A stretch of DNA of 63,485 nt, filler included, from Phoronis australis (lineage: Eukaryota; Animalia; Phoronida), in NCBI GenBank assembly GCA_002633005.1. It is 12 parts of 12 records of this genome, joined end to end, with 100 filler letters (N's around TTAATTAATTAA, not from the genome) between each part and the next. Parts side by side here need not be neighbours in the genome. Positions count along the whole stretch, not along the records: positions 22,871 to 32,226 come from NMRA01001825.1; positions 32,327 to 39,199 come from NMRA01002100.1; 10 more parts are not named here. The stretch is one strand, 5' to 3'. Below, in pieces: positions 23,693 to 36,538 of this stretch (positions are counted from its first letter, which is position 1; every line of letters begins with the position of its first letter). Below the pieces are notes generated by a model that ran no database searches, had not been told where the DNA came from, and was given only the letters and a program-made list of their open reading frames with translations. The position numbers and the translations under genes were made by a program.

Positions 23693-26009
23693 CAAAATGG
23701 GCAAACTGTTTCAACTCATGAAAAATGGAATACCTTTAGTTAAACTGTGCAAAATAAGAACAGATGCAATGAACGCGCACACCTTCCGTCATCAACTCAT
23801 TAACAACTTTTGATTTAGAGCACATGCAGTTATGATATTGGTTTCACCTTTATACTTAATCACATTAGAAAGGTCATAAACGCGACCTCGCATTTTGTTT
23901 GGCAAACCTGGTGAAAATCCCAGGTCGCATCAACGTCGCCACACTACAACTGAGCACGTACTCAAAACACTATTGTAAGTAAACCAGACCGAAGTTGGGA
24001 TTGCTCACATACATCTGTCTCAGAAGGAGAGCGAGCCTGTTAGAGGGGGGAGTTGGTCTTCACTGAGAATACGAGATACTATGTATTTTCTGTTCAACCA
24101 AAAAACGCAGTTCGGCAATCTCGACTTTTGCTGATTTTGCCAGTATTTCACTCAATGTATCTCGTTCATTTCATTTCTGGATCTTTTTACCGACCTCAGT
24201 TCCTGTTGCGTGCATTTGACGAGATGACGATAGGCTAAATGTTAAGCCTTCAAATCATTTCAAAGTCTGAGGACAACTGACAGATCGCTATCTCTTCAAA
24301 ACAACCCCATGTAGTTGCTAGTCACAGTGAGTTAGTTTCAGCCTCTGAAGCAGTATGACTGTTAGGGCAATTCCTGAGTTTTATTGCACCCAACTACAGA
24401 AATGTACTTTCTTCTCGAATGTAATGTAAATTATATTCTGATTTAGGCATACAGTTTCTACCTAGATTCGACAGGGTGGATGACACAGAGTTCCGTGATC
24501 TCCTACAGACCCATGATTTAAATAACTATTCAATCAACGCTGAGAAACGTCAAAATAGTTTTTTTGGTGTAAATTAATATTGGTTTAAATTTCCTGTATT
24601 CTTTGTTTATTATATACTTGTAATGTGGTCCGAAGGCCTATTTACGTGAAATACATTTTTATGTTTTAGTTCAGAGAAAGGACAATGGCACAAGTAGCTA
24701 TGGAAAAACAAACAACCAGTTTTTGATACAAGAACACGGTTTAAGGAGGCTTTAAGGTACTGAACCCCAGAGACAGCTACTGCAAAAAAATTGGAAAAAA
24801 TCCAAATTAATTTACTAAAACACTTACTGATTCTCTTTGATCGATTTTTGATGTTGTGGCGGTGTACCTGGCATAACTGCACTCTGCATACCACACAAAT
24901 ATCGTGTTTTGTCAAACCACGCTTTGACAAACAAATTTACAGTCACGACTTACAAACAACTTGAAGTTAGAAACTCAAGAAAGTTAACTTCAACGGTAGT
25001 AAAGCTAATTCTGGGCCATTTTAATTAACACAGTTAACTGGTCTCAACTCGTTCTTTGCTGAAGATCAAAAGTGATTTCCGCTTTTGCACAGAACTGACC
25101 TTGCTCAAAGTCGCTGGCTGTGACAAGCAAACTTATAGAGCCTGGTCCCGAGCAGGAATGTACTGTTAATTCTTTGGAAGTCCTGAAAATAACTCCAATT
25201 TGACTTGAGAAACAACGCGAGACCATTTTCCTCATGGTAACTGGTGTAAACAGATTTTTGTTGCTGCTTTAAAGTCATCTGAAGCTTAATTGAATACAAA
25301 AACTTGCTCAGCAATGTCCGAGTTCTTTCCATATTGCACTGTAAGGATTCAGAATCCACGCAATACAGGTCTACTGATTTTTGTTATAAACGAAAGCCAC
25401 GATGTAAATATAACGGTTCTGATCCTGTGAAATGTTATCGCTTTTACACTGTTCAGGCATCATTTCTTCCTCTCAGTGACATTGTTGAAAGAAAATGGCA
25501 GAATGATTTCAATACCGCGCACACAACAAGGACATCTAAAAGTAGTGTGAGGATTTCCATTTTATATTTTGGTTTTCACAGTATTCGTTTCATATTTTGG
25601 TTTTAACAATAGGATGTTCTCCAAGGGTCAATTGATTTTAGTCTACTGAAAAAGAATCGGCTCGGGTGAATCTAGAGCACTTTTACCGAATTAAAATATC
25701 ACAAGTAACGGATTCATGTTGCCAGTAGAATACTACACTGCACCCTTGGACATATAACACATAGAATGCTATAATTTTTTTACTTTGTTCATTTCTCTAC
25801 AGAAATACACATTAAGAGATTTTTGCTTCATTTTAGCAGGGTTCATACTGTACAGCTGCCTGACACCAAAACTAGGAAAATTTTGTTTATTTGTAACATA
25901 GTAGAAAGCAACAATAGATTTTGCATTAATGAACAGGATGGATATTTTACGATCTAAAATGGTATGCATCTCATCTGAGAACTAATCTACATCTAGCACG
26001 CAGTCATGA

Positions 26010-26149
26010 AGTGAAGATTTGCAAACTGTAAGGCAAGCAGGACAGACGTAACATGTAGTGAAGATTTGCATACTGTAAGGCAAGCAGGACAGCCGTAACA
26101 TGTAGTGAAGATTTGCAAACTGTAAGGCAAGCAGGACAGCCGTAACATG
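26010..26149. repeat. 47-bp tandem repeat, 3 copies (second array at 31247-31383)
   Basis: Unit AGTGAAGATTTGCAWACTGTAAGGCAAGCAGGACAGCCGTAACATGT. Confidence 0.9.
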
Positions 26150-26768
26150 CATAAAAACATTGTCTCACAGAAGTTAAAATAAATTCAGTATGCGCAATTG
26201 TTCAACCTTTCATTTGCAAAATGGCGGTCAGTAAATCGGGTCCAAATATTCAAATTAACACAGAACAAGGATAATCTACTATAGGATAACATGAACAAAA
26301 CCATTATTGGTCAATCCGGGTACAATAGTATTAATTGTGTTAACATCTAGGGAATAATTGAAACAATTTGTACATTTGTTTATAAAGGTCATTAACTAAA
26401 ACTTTCCTCAGTTCCTTGGAGTGTTTGTGCAGCATATTTCCTTCAAGATATGTGAGGTTGAAAATGCCATAGCATTTCCAATCTGTTTACAATCATGTGC
26501 TTGGGACAATTGTTGTGTCAACTGGCAGTTAGTGCAAGGTCCAAGTTTCTCAAATTGGAGAGACTATCAACTTAAGGCTCTTTCCCATATAGTTCTTCAT
26601 TACTAACAAAGCTTTGATGTTAACTGTGGTTAACAGCAAAGTTAAGGGTTCAGCTTGAGAGTTATAGCTCAGCCAATATGACCTTTGGTCATGGCCTTTC
26701 TGTTTGTGACTGTGCTTCCATCAAAAATATTAACAAACAATAACCAGTCACCGCCAGCTGTTAGCAAA

Positions 26769-27468
26769 TGCAGGCAGTGACCCCTGCCGATTACTCTGAT
26801 GAAATCCAAATTAAGTGTTCCAAATACAGGCAGTGACCCCAGCCGATTACATCCAAGTTAAGTGTTCCAAACGCAGGCAGTGACCTCAGCCGATTACTCC
26901 GATGACATCCAAGTTAAGTGTTCNNNNNNNNNNNNNNNNNNNNNNNNNNNNNNNNNNNNNNNNNNNNNNNNNNNNNNNNNNNNNNNNNNNNNNNNNNNNN
27001 NNNNNNNNNNNNNNNNNNNNNNNNNNNNNNNNNNNNNNNNNNNNNNNNNNNNNNNNNNNNNNNNNNNNNNNNNNNNNNNNNNNNNNNNNNNNNNNNNNNN
27101 NNNNNNNNNNNNNNNNNNNNNNNNNNNNNNNNNNNNNNNNNNNNNNNNNNNNNNNNNNNNNNNNNNNNNNNNNNNNNNNNNNNNNNNNNNNNNNNNNNNN
27201 NNNNNNNNNNNNNNNNNNNNNNNNNNNNNNNNNNNNNNNNNNNNNNNNNNNNNNNNNNNNNNNNNNNNNNNNNNNNNNNNNNNNNNNNNNNNNNNNNNNN
27301 NNNNNNNNNNNNNNNNNNNNNNNNNNNNNNNNNNNNNNNNNNNNNNNNNNNNNNNNNGCAGGCAGTGACCCCAGCCGATTACTCAGATGACATCCAAGTT
27401 AAGTGTTCCAAACGCAGGCAGTGACCCCAGCTGATTACTCCGATGACATCCAAGTTAAGTGTTCCAAA
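26769..27468. repeat. 56-bp satellite array spanning the N gap (second array at 32064-32226)
   Basis: Unit GCAGGCAGTGACCCCAGCCGATTACTCCGATGACATCCAAGTTAAGTGTTCCAAAC present on both sides of the 26924-27357 gap. Confidence 0.9.
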
Positions 27469-27859
27469 TGTAGCCAAGTGTTGACGCTTCGCTGTTAAAT
27501 CCATCTCCTTACTTCAACTTAACAGAAGTTAAGTGTTCCCATTGACCGAAGCTTTAGCAACATCAAAGCTTCGGAGCTAGTGGGAAAAGCTTTAAGCCTG
27601 CTAAGGTCATCTCAAACCTTATCTTCACCTTTTAGTTTTAATATAAGCGATTCAAAGTGTTTCAATACTTTTCAAATTTTTATTTTTAAATGAAAAAATA
27701 ACAATCTTGACAGAGTTGGGATAAGCTTTCAAAATTGGACTGCTTCATTCTGACCAGCACAAACCAATGGCTAAGATTGCAAGAAAACTTTTGAAACCAG
27801 TTAAATCAGTCTGCATTGCTATGTTAATGTTTTAGGTAGGAAGTGCCACTTTAAGCTGG

Positions 27860-27998
27860 ATATTGCAAGTTATACATTTATAACGGACACACAGTTTCTA
27901 GTTTATATTGCAAGTTATACATTTATAACACACACACACAGTTTCTAGTTTATACTGCAAGGTATACATTTTTAACACACACAATTTCTAGTTTATAT
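27860..27998. repeat. ~45-bp tandem repeat, 3 copies
   Basis: Unit approximately ATATTGCAAGTTATACATTTATAAC(AC)nAGTTTCTAGTTT. Confidence 0.8.
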
Positions 27999-30942
27999 TA
28001 AGTGCACACAGAGAAGGTGACTTACACAGACTATTACAAAGGATTTTCTAACTGATGACTGATTTCAATACGCAAAACAGTTGCTGCTTGTTCACCTTGC
28101 CAGAGCAAACCAAAAAGGACTTTGAAAACGGTTTATCTTTGGATTTACGACAAGATACAATAAATCCAGACAGTGACAGTATTGACAAAATCATTAAATA
28201 TGTATTAAACCTTATCCTCGTTATAAAAACATACTTTACTAATTCCGTACACGATTTCATTACATTACGTCTAAATCAGTCTGAATGGCATTCCAACTAA
28301 GGATTTTCATATTACGGATAACGATTTCTGAATGCCATATTTCTAACATTTCCTCCAAAGGCATGTAATTCACAAGTGGCATAACCACTCGACCACAAAG
28401 ACAAACTATCACGATCCAGCAAATGTTTGCTAAAAACTGATCAAGAAAGTGAAAAAGGGTGCACACTGTAATGCACAGACAGACTTCCTCACAATCAAGT
28501 CTTTTTGGTAAATGTTCACTACGAACAATATAATGTACAATATAATGTACAATAACTGGTAGTTAAGCTTAGAAAGCCCTTGAAAGCATTATAGCCAGGA
28601 AATCAAGTCATCAGACTATTAAAGACATAATGTTTGTTTGATTCAATTCTGCCATATAGCACTTATTATTTATGTGCTTCATCAATTATAAATTTTCATC
28701 CAGGTTTATGGCAAGTCACTACTTTTTCATTTTTTTTGATTCGATTCCTTAAAGTAAACGCACACAGTGTTCTCTCTATATGTATTCAAATGTGGTGCTG
28801 TCGCTCAGTCACGTTTAAAAAGTTCTGAGCCACATTTGAAAAGCCCGTTTTTTCTGCTTTTAAGCCAAATGAATGAAATTGTATTCCAAAGAAGTCCATT
28901 GTTTATTATTTATCAGTAAAAATGATAGTGACATGCTGAGCAAATGAAAATAATGTGTAACTAGTTGTTTTTGTGAATTAACAAAAAAGGAAGATTACAA
29001 CTCGAGAACACGACACGCAATCTGCACCTTGTTTGAATTTTTGTCCGGGGAGAACCCTGCCACTGGCATTTACATACAAGGGGAATAATTACTGCCACGG
29101 TGGAGTAATAACCTACATAAATCAAGTAGACACTCTTTCCTGACGAAGGAAAAATTTCCAATGATCAAGTGCAACACTGCAAAGAATTTAAATAATCACG
29201 CACCAGTTGACCTTTCCACTCACACACAGATTAATACAATTTTAACATCACAAACAGTAACTCAACAACCAACCTTGAGAAGGACACACACACTTTTGAA
29301 TAATCCTCAGAACAAGACCGATTGCTCTTGAACTTTTGTATCCAAAATTAGAAGACTCGTCTGCCTCTCTTTATGAGATTAGAGATGTCAGTATGCGAAT
29401 CAGAATCCGAGGTCTCGACTTAAAATCGCAACCGCGGCTCAGTTCAACTGAATGACAACCATCAAGAAGATCTACAGGCAGCTACATATCTCTGTGCAGC
29501 AGGCGACTCAGTGCCAGCAGGTGTCTCATGATAATTACTAACCACGGCTTGTCATTTACTCTGACACGAAGCACCGGTAGTGCGCTTCTTGAGCCACCAA
29601 CTGAAACGAGGCACGTCTGCAGCATATCCGCATTAACAAAACAATTGAAAACGGCTATTGCGCACGTTCCTTTCATTCGCATACTGAATAGCGTACAGTC
29701 ATCAACGCAAACAGAGCAAAGAGAATGTATACATCTTTCTGAGTTCCCATGAGGAGACGGGTGAGACTGAATACTAACAAACGAGTCAATAACTTAATGC
29801 CTTTCAGATATACAGATACACCCATTACAATACACTAAACACAAGAATACAATTTTATGCACCATCACTACGGTAAGCAGTCAGAGGTGCTTCCTGAGGA
29901 ATGTGATTTACCGAGGACTACATTAATTCACCAGCTTAGACAACAGTTCAGGGCTTGTAAGTGCCCATTTGTATAATAAAAAAGTCAATTTGTCTTGATG
30001 ATGGACTATTCCCAAGAGACCGTGATACTGCTGCAGTGCTTAAAGAGGTGAAGTTGAATTTATGTGATTTCAACAGGCCATGCGTGTGCAGCATGATTAG
30101 ATTTGACAACAGTCAAGAGATCTGATAGGGAAATATGTCACTAACGAGAATTAAAAATGCACAGAAAAAATACAAACAGTTAGTAGATGGCATTCCCCTT
30201 CAGGATTGCCTCAAGTGACATCGCTAGACGTGAATTTTAATTTTTCTGGACAGTATTCCTTAGTCACTCCAGCAAAAATTACAATACCAAAATGGGCCAT
30301 TAGACGAGTTTGGACGAAGAGATATAAATGACAAACACGTAACGAGAAAACTGAAACTGAATTTGATATAAAAATTCGATGTTTTCTATCTTTCTATTGT
30401 GACAGTCTAAATCCCATCACCAAAATTCTCGCAAAACAAGCGACCAAAATCTTGTAGGCCATACTGACTAACAAATACAGCCTATCATCCAGAATACAGG
30501 TTGGTAACTTGCAACATTCTTTAGACCTCAGCAAAAAGGGTTCCAAACCAGTGTGGTCCTGGGTTTGTGCAATCACATCCAGTTTCGACATGAGCTATTG
30601 GTGTTTGTCTTGAAAACTACTGTGTTTGCCTTCACCCTGAACATATGTTTACATGTCTGTGCTAAATTCTTAACCAAAATGGTTTGGGATTTAAAAATGT
30701 AACCACGCTCGCTCGTGCAATCTTGAACTGTTATGCACCCCACTTTTGAATTTGCAAAATTAAGGTTGGCCAACTCCATTTAATTCCAAATCATTTCCAT
30801 AGGTTGCTGATGGTTTCAATGTCCTAGCTGATAACGGAAATATAATCCTATCACAGTAAGGAATACTACGGAACCGATTTTTATGAATAAGGCCCAACAC
30901 AATTTTCATTTTTTGCCACCTAAACGGGATGAGATTCCACGT

Positions 30943-31244
30943 CTTCACTTGAAACGTCTATTGCTGGAAAACCAACCGTTAAAAATTGATGCCCTTCCAT
31001 TGCTAGGTCCTTTGGACCTCCCTTAGTAGCTACATAGAAAAAAACCCGACTTCTAACGGTTGAGTTTTCGTTAATCGGTGCAGAACTTTGCATGATTTTG
31101 CCCTACACCGAAAAACCGCGAATTTGCCGGAGATACCGGGTCCTCACTTGAAACGTCTATTGCCAGAAAACCAACCATTGAAAATCGATGCCCTTCCATT
31201 CCTAGGTCCTCTGGCCTTCTCTTAGAAGCTACATAGAAAAAAAA
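30943..31244. repeat. ~100-bp diverged direct repeat (30943-31044 and 31141-31244)
   Basis: Both copies read CACTTGAAACGTCTATTGC...GATGCCCTTCCATT.CTAGGTCCT...AGCTACATAGAAAAAAA. Confidence 0.8.
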
Positions 31245-31246
31245 AC

Positions 31247-32226
31247 AAGATTTGCATACTGTAAGGCAAGCAGCACAGTCGTAACATGTAGTGAAGATTT
31301 GCATATTGTAAGGCAAGCAGGACAGCCATAACATGTAGTGAAAATTTGGATACTGTAAGGCAAGCAGGACAGCCGTAGCATGCATAAAAACATTGTCTCA
31401 CAGAAGTTAAAATAAATTCAGTATGCGCAATTGTTCAACCTTTCATTTGCAAAATGCCGGTCAGTAAATCGGGTCCAAATATTCAAATTAACACAGAACA
31501 AGGGTAATCTACTATAGGATAACATGAACAAAACCTTTACTGGTCAATCCGGGAACAATAGTCTTAATTGTGTTAACATCTAGGGAATAATTGAAACAAT
31601 TTGTACATTTGTTTATAAAGGTCATTAACTAAAACTTTCCTCAGTTCCTTGGAGTGTTTGTGCAGCCTATTTTCTTCAAGATATGTGAGGTTGAAAATGC
31701 CATAGCATTTCCAGTCTGTTTACAATCATGTAATTTGGACAATTGTTGTGTCAACTGGCACTTAGTGCAAGGTTCAAGTGTTTACAATCATGTGCTTGGG
31801 ACAATTGTTGAGTCAACTGGCAGTTAGTGCAAGTTCCAAGTGTCTCAAATTGGAGAGACTATCAACTTAAGGCTCTTTCCCATATAGTTCTTCATTACTA
31901 ACAAAGCTTTGATGTTAACTGTGGTTAACAGCAAAGTTAAGCGTTCAGCTTCAGAGTTATAGCTCAGCCAATATGACCTTTGGTCATGGCCTTTCTGTTT
32001 TTGACAGTGCTTCCATCAAAAATATTAACAAACAATAACCAGTCACCCCCAGCTGTTAGCAAATGCAGGCAGTGACCCCAGCCGATTACTCCGATGACAT
32101 CCAAGTTAAGTGTTCCAAACGCAGGCAGTGAACCCAACCGATTACTCCGACGACATCCAAGTTAAGTGTTCTAAACGCAGGCAATGACCCCAGCCGATTA
32201 CTCTGACGACATCCAAGTTAAGTGTT
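31247..32226 (+). repeat. ~1-kb direct duplicate of 26010-26923
   Basis: Same order of 47-bp array, ~620-bp spacer and 56-bp array, with high identity. This copy has an extra ~62-bp internal tandem duplication near 31718-31840. Confidence 0.9.
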
Positions 32227-32814
32227 NNNNNNNNNNNNNNNNNNNNNNNNNNNNNNNNNNNNNNNNNNNNTTAATTAATTAANNNNNNNNNNNNNNNNNN
32301 NNNNNNNNNNNNNNNNNNNNNNNNNNATCATCATTACTAGTATACTAGTATCAGTAGCAGTAGCAGTAGAAGGGTGTTCGCGCAATACGGCCGACACCAG
32401 CAGTGTGGATCTCGCTGGTCTCCTACGTGCCCAGCCAGCACGCAGGTTATCACGCAGCGGCACGCACTTTAGCATTGGTCGATGTAACCTCAGCAGTCAT
32501 TGCTTAGCTTTACAACAACATGAAAAATGGCGGACTGTGAACGATTTTTAGCCTTATCATACAAGTGGCGTCGCAGCAACTATTTCGTTTTTTACAGTGA
32601 TGTTTAATAGCCGCGTGCTCCAAGTAGATAAATGTACAAAAACCACATATCTGACCGATTTAACCGCTGTGTTATTCATACTGTTTGAATACAGGACAGT
32701 ATTGTAAACAAAAATCCTCGACAGTAGAAAGATGCATTCCGAAAAGGCGCAACCACAATTTGTAGGATTCACATTTCCTGAACATAAATTTTCTGAAGCA
32801 CCTATTTGTCACAG

Positions 32815-32972
32815 ACCTCGCGTGCGTTCAGTAGCGGCTAGGACCTACGCTAGGACCTAGCTAAAGCCTAGCCAAAGTCACGTGCTCTCATTTAAAACGC
32901 ACGGCAATATCTCACGTAATCTCGCGAAGTCTTGCTTTTTAGCGAGGTCCTAGCGTTACTGAACGGGAGGCT
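32815..32972. mobile_element. MITE family copy 2 (see 5884-6035)
   Basis: Inverted ends CGTTCAGTAGCGGCTAGGACCT / AGGTCCTAGCGTTACTGAACG and the shared core. Confidence 0.65.
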
Positions 32973-35900
32973 CATTTACTCTTCAGTCCATCAGTCATGC
33001 CAGCATAGTCCGTAGAATATCTATGATGCCAGTTTGTTTGGGTAAACCGCTGCCTGTTGAGAATTCGATTAGCCAATCAAAAACACCGGTGTAAAAAAAT
33101 TTCCGAGGAAAATTAACTGTGTGCTGGCTACTGACCACCTAGTGGCACGCAGGGAACCAGCGAGCAGTGTGGATTAGATTGTCAGACGTGAAGATTTCGA
33201 GGACGTGAAAGAATTGAGGGTCGGAATTGAGGATTTCTTTGATTTTTTTCAACACAATTTTAACACTAAACTCGTACGTGAAATATACCAGAATTCACGT
33301 TTACACGCCTAAATTCTGAAAATTTCTTTGGGCGACCCCGCCCAACCATGCCCCGTGAAATACTTTGACTTCAAGGATCTAAAGGCATCCCGAACATTTT
33401 TTTTGCGCATGCCTTCAGAATCACCGAAAATTATTGAAAATACTTGAGATAAAAACATGTAAAGACCCGGTCATTAAATCATGACGAGTCTATGAAAATA
33501 GACTGCAAGTCCAAACCTTTTGCCGTAAATGATATTTGTCATTTACATGTATATACAGACCATGCAAGAAATTTACGTTTCAATGAATTCGATGCAAGTT
33601 GAATTTCAATTTTACACTTCTTCCGAGCTCCATCTAACACTGGCGGGTTTTCTTAGCCTGATGTCTCAATAGCGTTAACATGAAAACAACACATGGCCAT
33701 GAACTACCAGGATAGCTACAGCACTCCGCTGGTGACGGGGGATTTACATGTACTCCGGAACGCCTCGGGTATTGAATTCTACGTACGCTACGGAAAATAC
33801 CCACGTTCCGAGGAAGAGCGGTTACGTTTGCTAAATGTTCGCTCTGTTCAGCTTGCGCTCTCTAAACACTTGCTACAAAGACCGGAAACACAGGGTAAAA
33901 TAGTACTGCTTTATTGGAAAAGGCCTTACAATCACATGATTAAATAGGAATCCTCTAACCTAATGAGATTCCCCAACCAATTTCTTGAGACACTCCGGAA
34001 ACACACATTACCTAGGTTTCGGAAAAATTTGAATGCAACATTTAACTCAGTCAGCAGAATGGGTAACTACATGTATATCACTGAGATCAGATAAAATCTG
34101 GAATTAACTTCTCTAGTTATGTAATGGTACACCACCATTTAGTAAAATCCCATCTTAAGCCAATCAAACAATACTACTAGGATATCGCTTAAAACATTTG
34201 AAGAAAACACAATACTCTAAACTTCGCGATCACAAAAGTTCGATAACTCCTTACGAGGACTTTAGAATATAACATATGCCCGCCAGACTGTCAGAGAAGC
34301 CCAAGCTATAGGACAACCCCAGAAACTTACAATGGCAATGCAATCTTAGAGTGAGGCAACAGTGTGTGTAGCACACGTGTTCAGTCTCTTCAAATCGATT
34401 GGTCTGGCCAACACCCAAACAATGCACATACTGTTCAGTTGAACTACATATCGTACATTCTGAAGCCCTTAAGCTCTCGCGAGAATCCCGCAGAACACAG
34501 GTTTAATTCCTTTGATTACGAAAATTCCTGGATGGAGAAAGATTTGCATTTCAAGAATGAATAATGTACAGAAACGCTGTCTTCATTGCCCGAAATGCAC
34601 GCAAACTTACAGGGTTTTGAAAAGTCGCATGCGCAGTCTTAATAACTACACTAGATTATGCATTGCTGTCTGTAATGTGATGGGAACACCCGAGCTACAT
34701 GTACAGATATCACACTCGATATGTAAGTTCTATTAATATTTTATGGATTTCATAGCTCGTCAGCTGAAACGGTGAGTAGGGTTTATCATTTAGTATAAAA
34801 CAACTTCAGTGTCATTAATGCTTAAGGTTAAACATTATCATGTTTAAAATACTTCATCACTAATGTACTGAGCTGTAGTTTTCAAAAAGTATGACAATTT
34901 TTCTTAAATTTCGAAAATTGGAGAACGTTCAAAGCAACACTTTGCCGCTGCTATTCAAATGTTATAGTTTTAGTTGTCTAATTCAATTTTCATTTTTAGT
35001 CATAACGTTGACAACGACATGCGACTCAATGGGACTTATTCACGTTTTGTTTCTGAAACCACCTCCTGACGCATAGTACAGCCTGCTTTTCCATGTCCAG
35101 CAGTTATACCACAATACGTTACCACGACCCCTGTCGTGATAAACTTCTAATGTAAGTGTAAAAATCATAGCCAGTTTGTTGTTGGCTATCCAATAGAAAA
35201 TGAGAAATGCCTCTAGAATTTTTTTTCGACGGCAGTTGAAGTGATTACCACTAGATGGAGCTGTTGAACAGAGTACGCTGTATGTAGGTCTAGTAGGAAA
35301 GCGACTACAATATGTACACAACAACCTGAAGTTATTTACTGGTAAGTGCAAAAAGAAATTGACATACAGCTATGCAGGACCTTGCCCTACAGTCTGCTTC
35401 ATTACCCCAATACTTACAAAAGTATAATTTGAACACAGTTTAAGAGTATCTTCTGAAAGTACATGCAGGAAACCTGAAGAATTTGATGTTGGACTTAATA
35501 ACAATTTGTCAATAATTTAGTCACCTGATCATGTTTTTCAATAAAGTATTGAAAAGAGAAAGGAACATCTTTATCAAATCACAACTATCAATAACATGAC
35601 CAAATCAAATTCTGTTTGATAAAATCGTTCCAAGATTAAATATCAAAAATGCTGTTACACTTTTCTAGATTATCCTTTCAGTTTCTCTTATAAAAATCAT
35701 AGAAATGATATTTTTGATAACCCCTGTGCGAAAGTTACACATTTTAAAACAATTCCTTAAAACGTTTGTGAGAACAATGCATAAAGCACACTTTATATGA
35801 AAATTTCATATCGATGCGATCTTCCATTTGTGAGATATGTTACGAATTTTGCCAAACATGCCCTTTCTATAGGGATCCAACATAACCTACATGTAAAGAC

Positions 35901-36310
35901 TGAAATCAGTAATTTGGTCTTACACTGTATGTAACATAACTACTTCTGAAAAATTATTAAATCTGACTTTTAGCAAACATACAAAGATTGTGAGTGTACC
36001 CGTCATTGCTAATTACTGAGACAATTTGTAGAATTGTTTTCTAGGTTGTGTACACCAATAACCAAAAGTCTAAACCTTGACACAGAACCTCAAATGGGAT
36101 CTTAAGACAAAAGTCCTAACCAGAGTCTTCAACAATTTAAATGCAACAGACTCTAGTTGACGGAACTTAACAGTTCACTGATAAATTGTCTGGTCATCTC
36201 CAACACATCATAGAAAGCAATAAGTTTGAGTAAGTAGCAGACAACTGCTATTCAAGGAAATAACATTTCTTATATGGGCACAACCTACGACAATATTACC
36301 AAAGCTTACA

Positions 36311-36538
36311 CATGGGCAGCGCACCGTAGGGGGCTTGGGGTGTTAAAGCCCCTCCCCCCCACTTATTTCAGTGTTGCGCTGCCCATCGGCATGGGTAGCG
36401 CACACCAAAGGGAGCTGGGGGACTACAGCCCTCCCTCACACTTATTTTAGTGTTGCGCTACCCGTCGGCATGGGCGGCGTACACCAAAGGGAGATGGGGG
36501 CTATAGCCCCCACATATTTCAGTGCTGCACCACCCATG
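36311..36538. mobile_element. Head-to-tail trimer of a ~79-bp mini-MITE with a single 5-bp TSD
   Basis: Units start at 36311, 36390 and 36469, each CATGGGYRGCG...GCGCTRCCCRT. TTACA flanks the whole trimer (36306-36310 and 36539-36543). Confidence 0.7.

Noticed and set aside
26862-27424. Three long ORFs of 160-170 aa
   Set aside because: They are translations of the N gap.
26769-27468. 56-bp and 47-bp repeats as a CRISPR-like array
   Set aside because: Units are directly head-to-tail with no unique spacers, there are no cas genes, and the context is eukaryotic.
33693-33947. 84-aa ORF with a YVRYGKYP segment faintly like a Gypsy/GIN pre-integrase region
   Set aside because: Similarity too short and no supporting downstream motifs.
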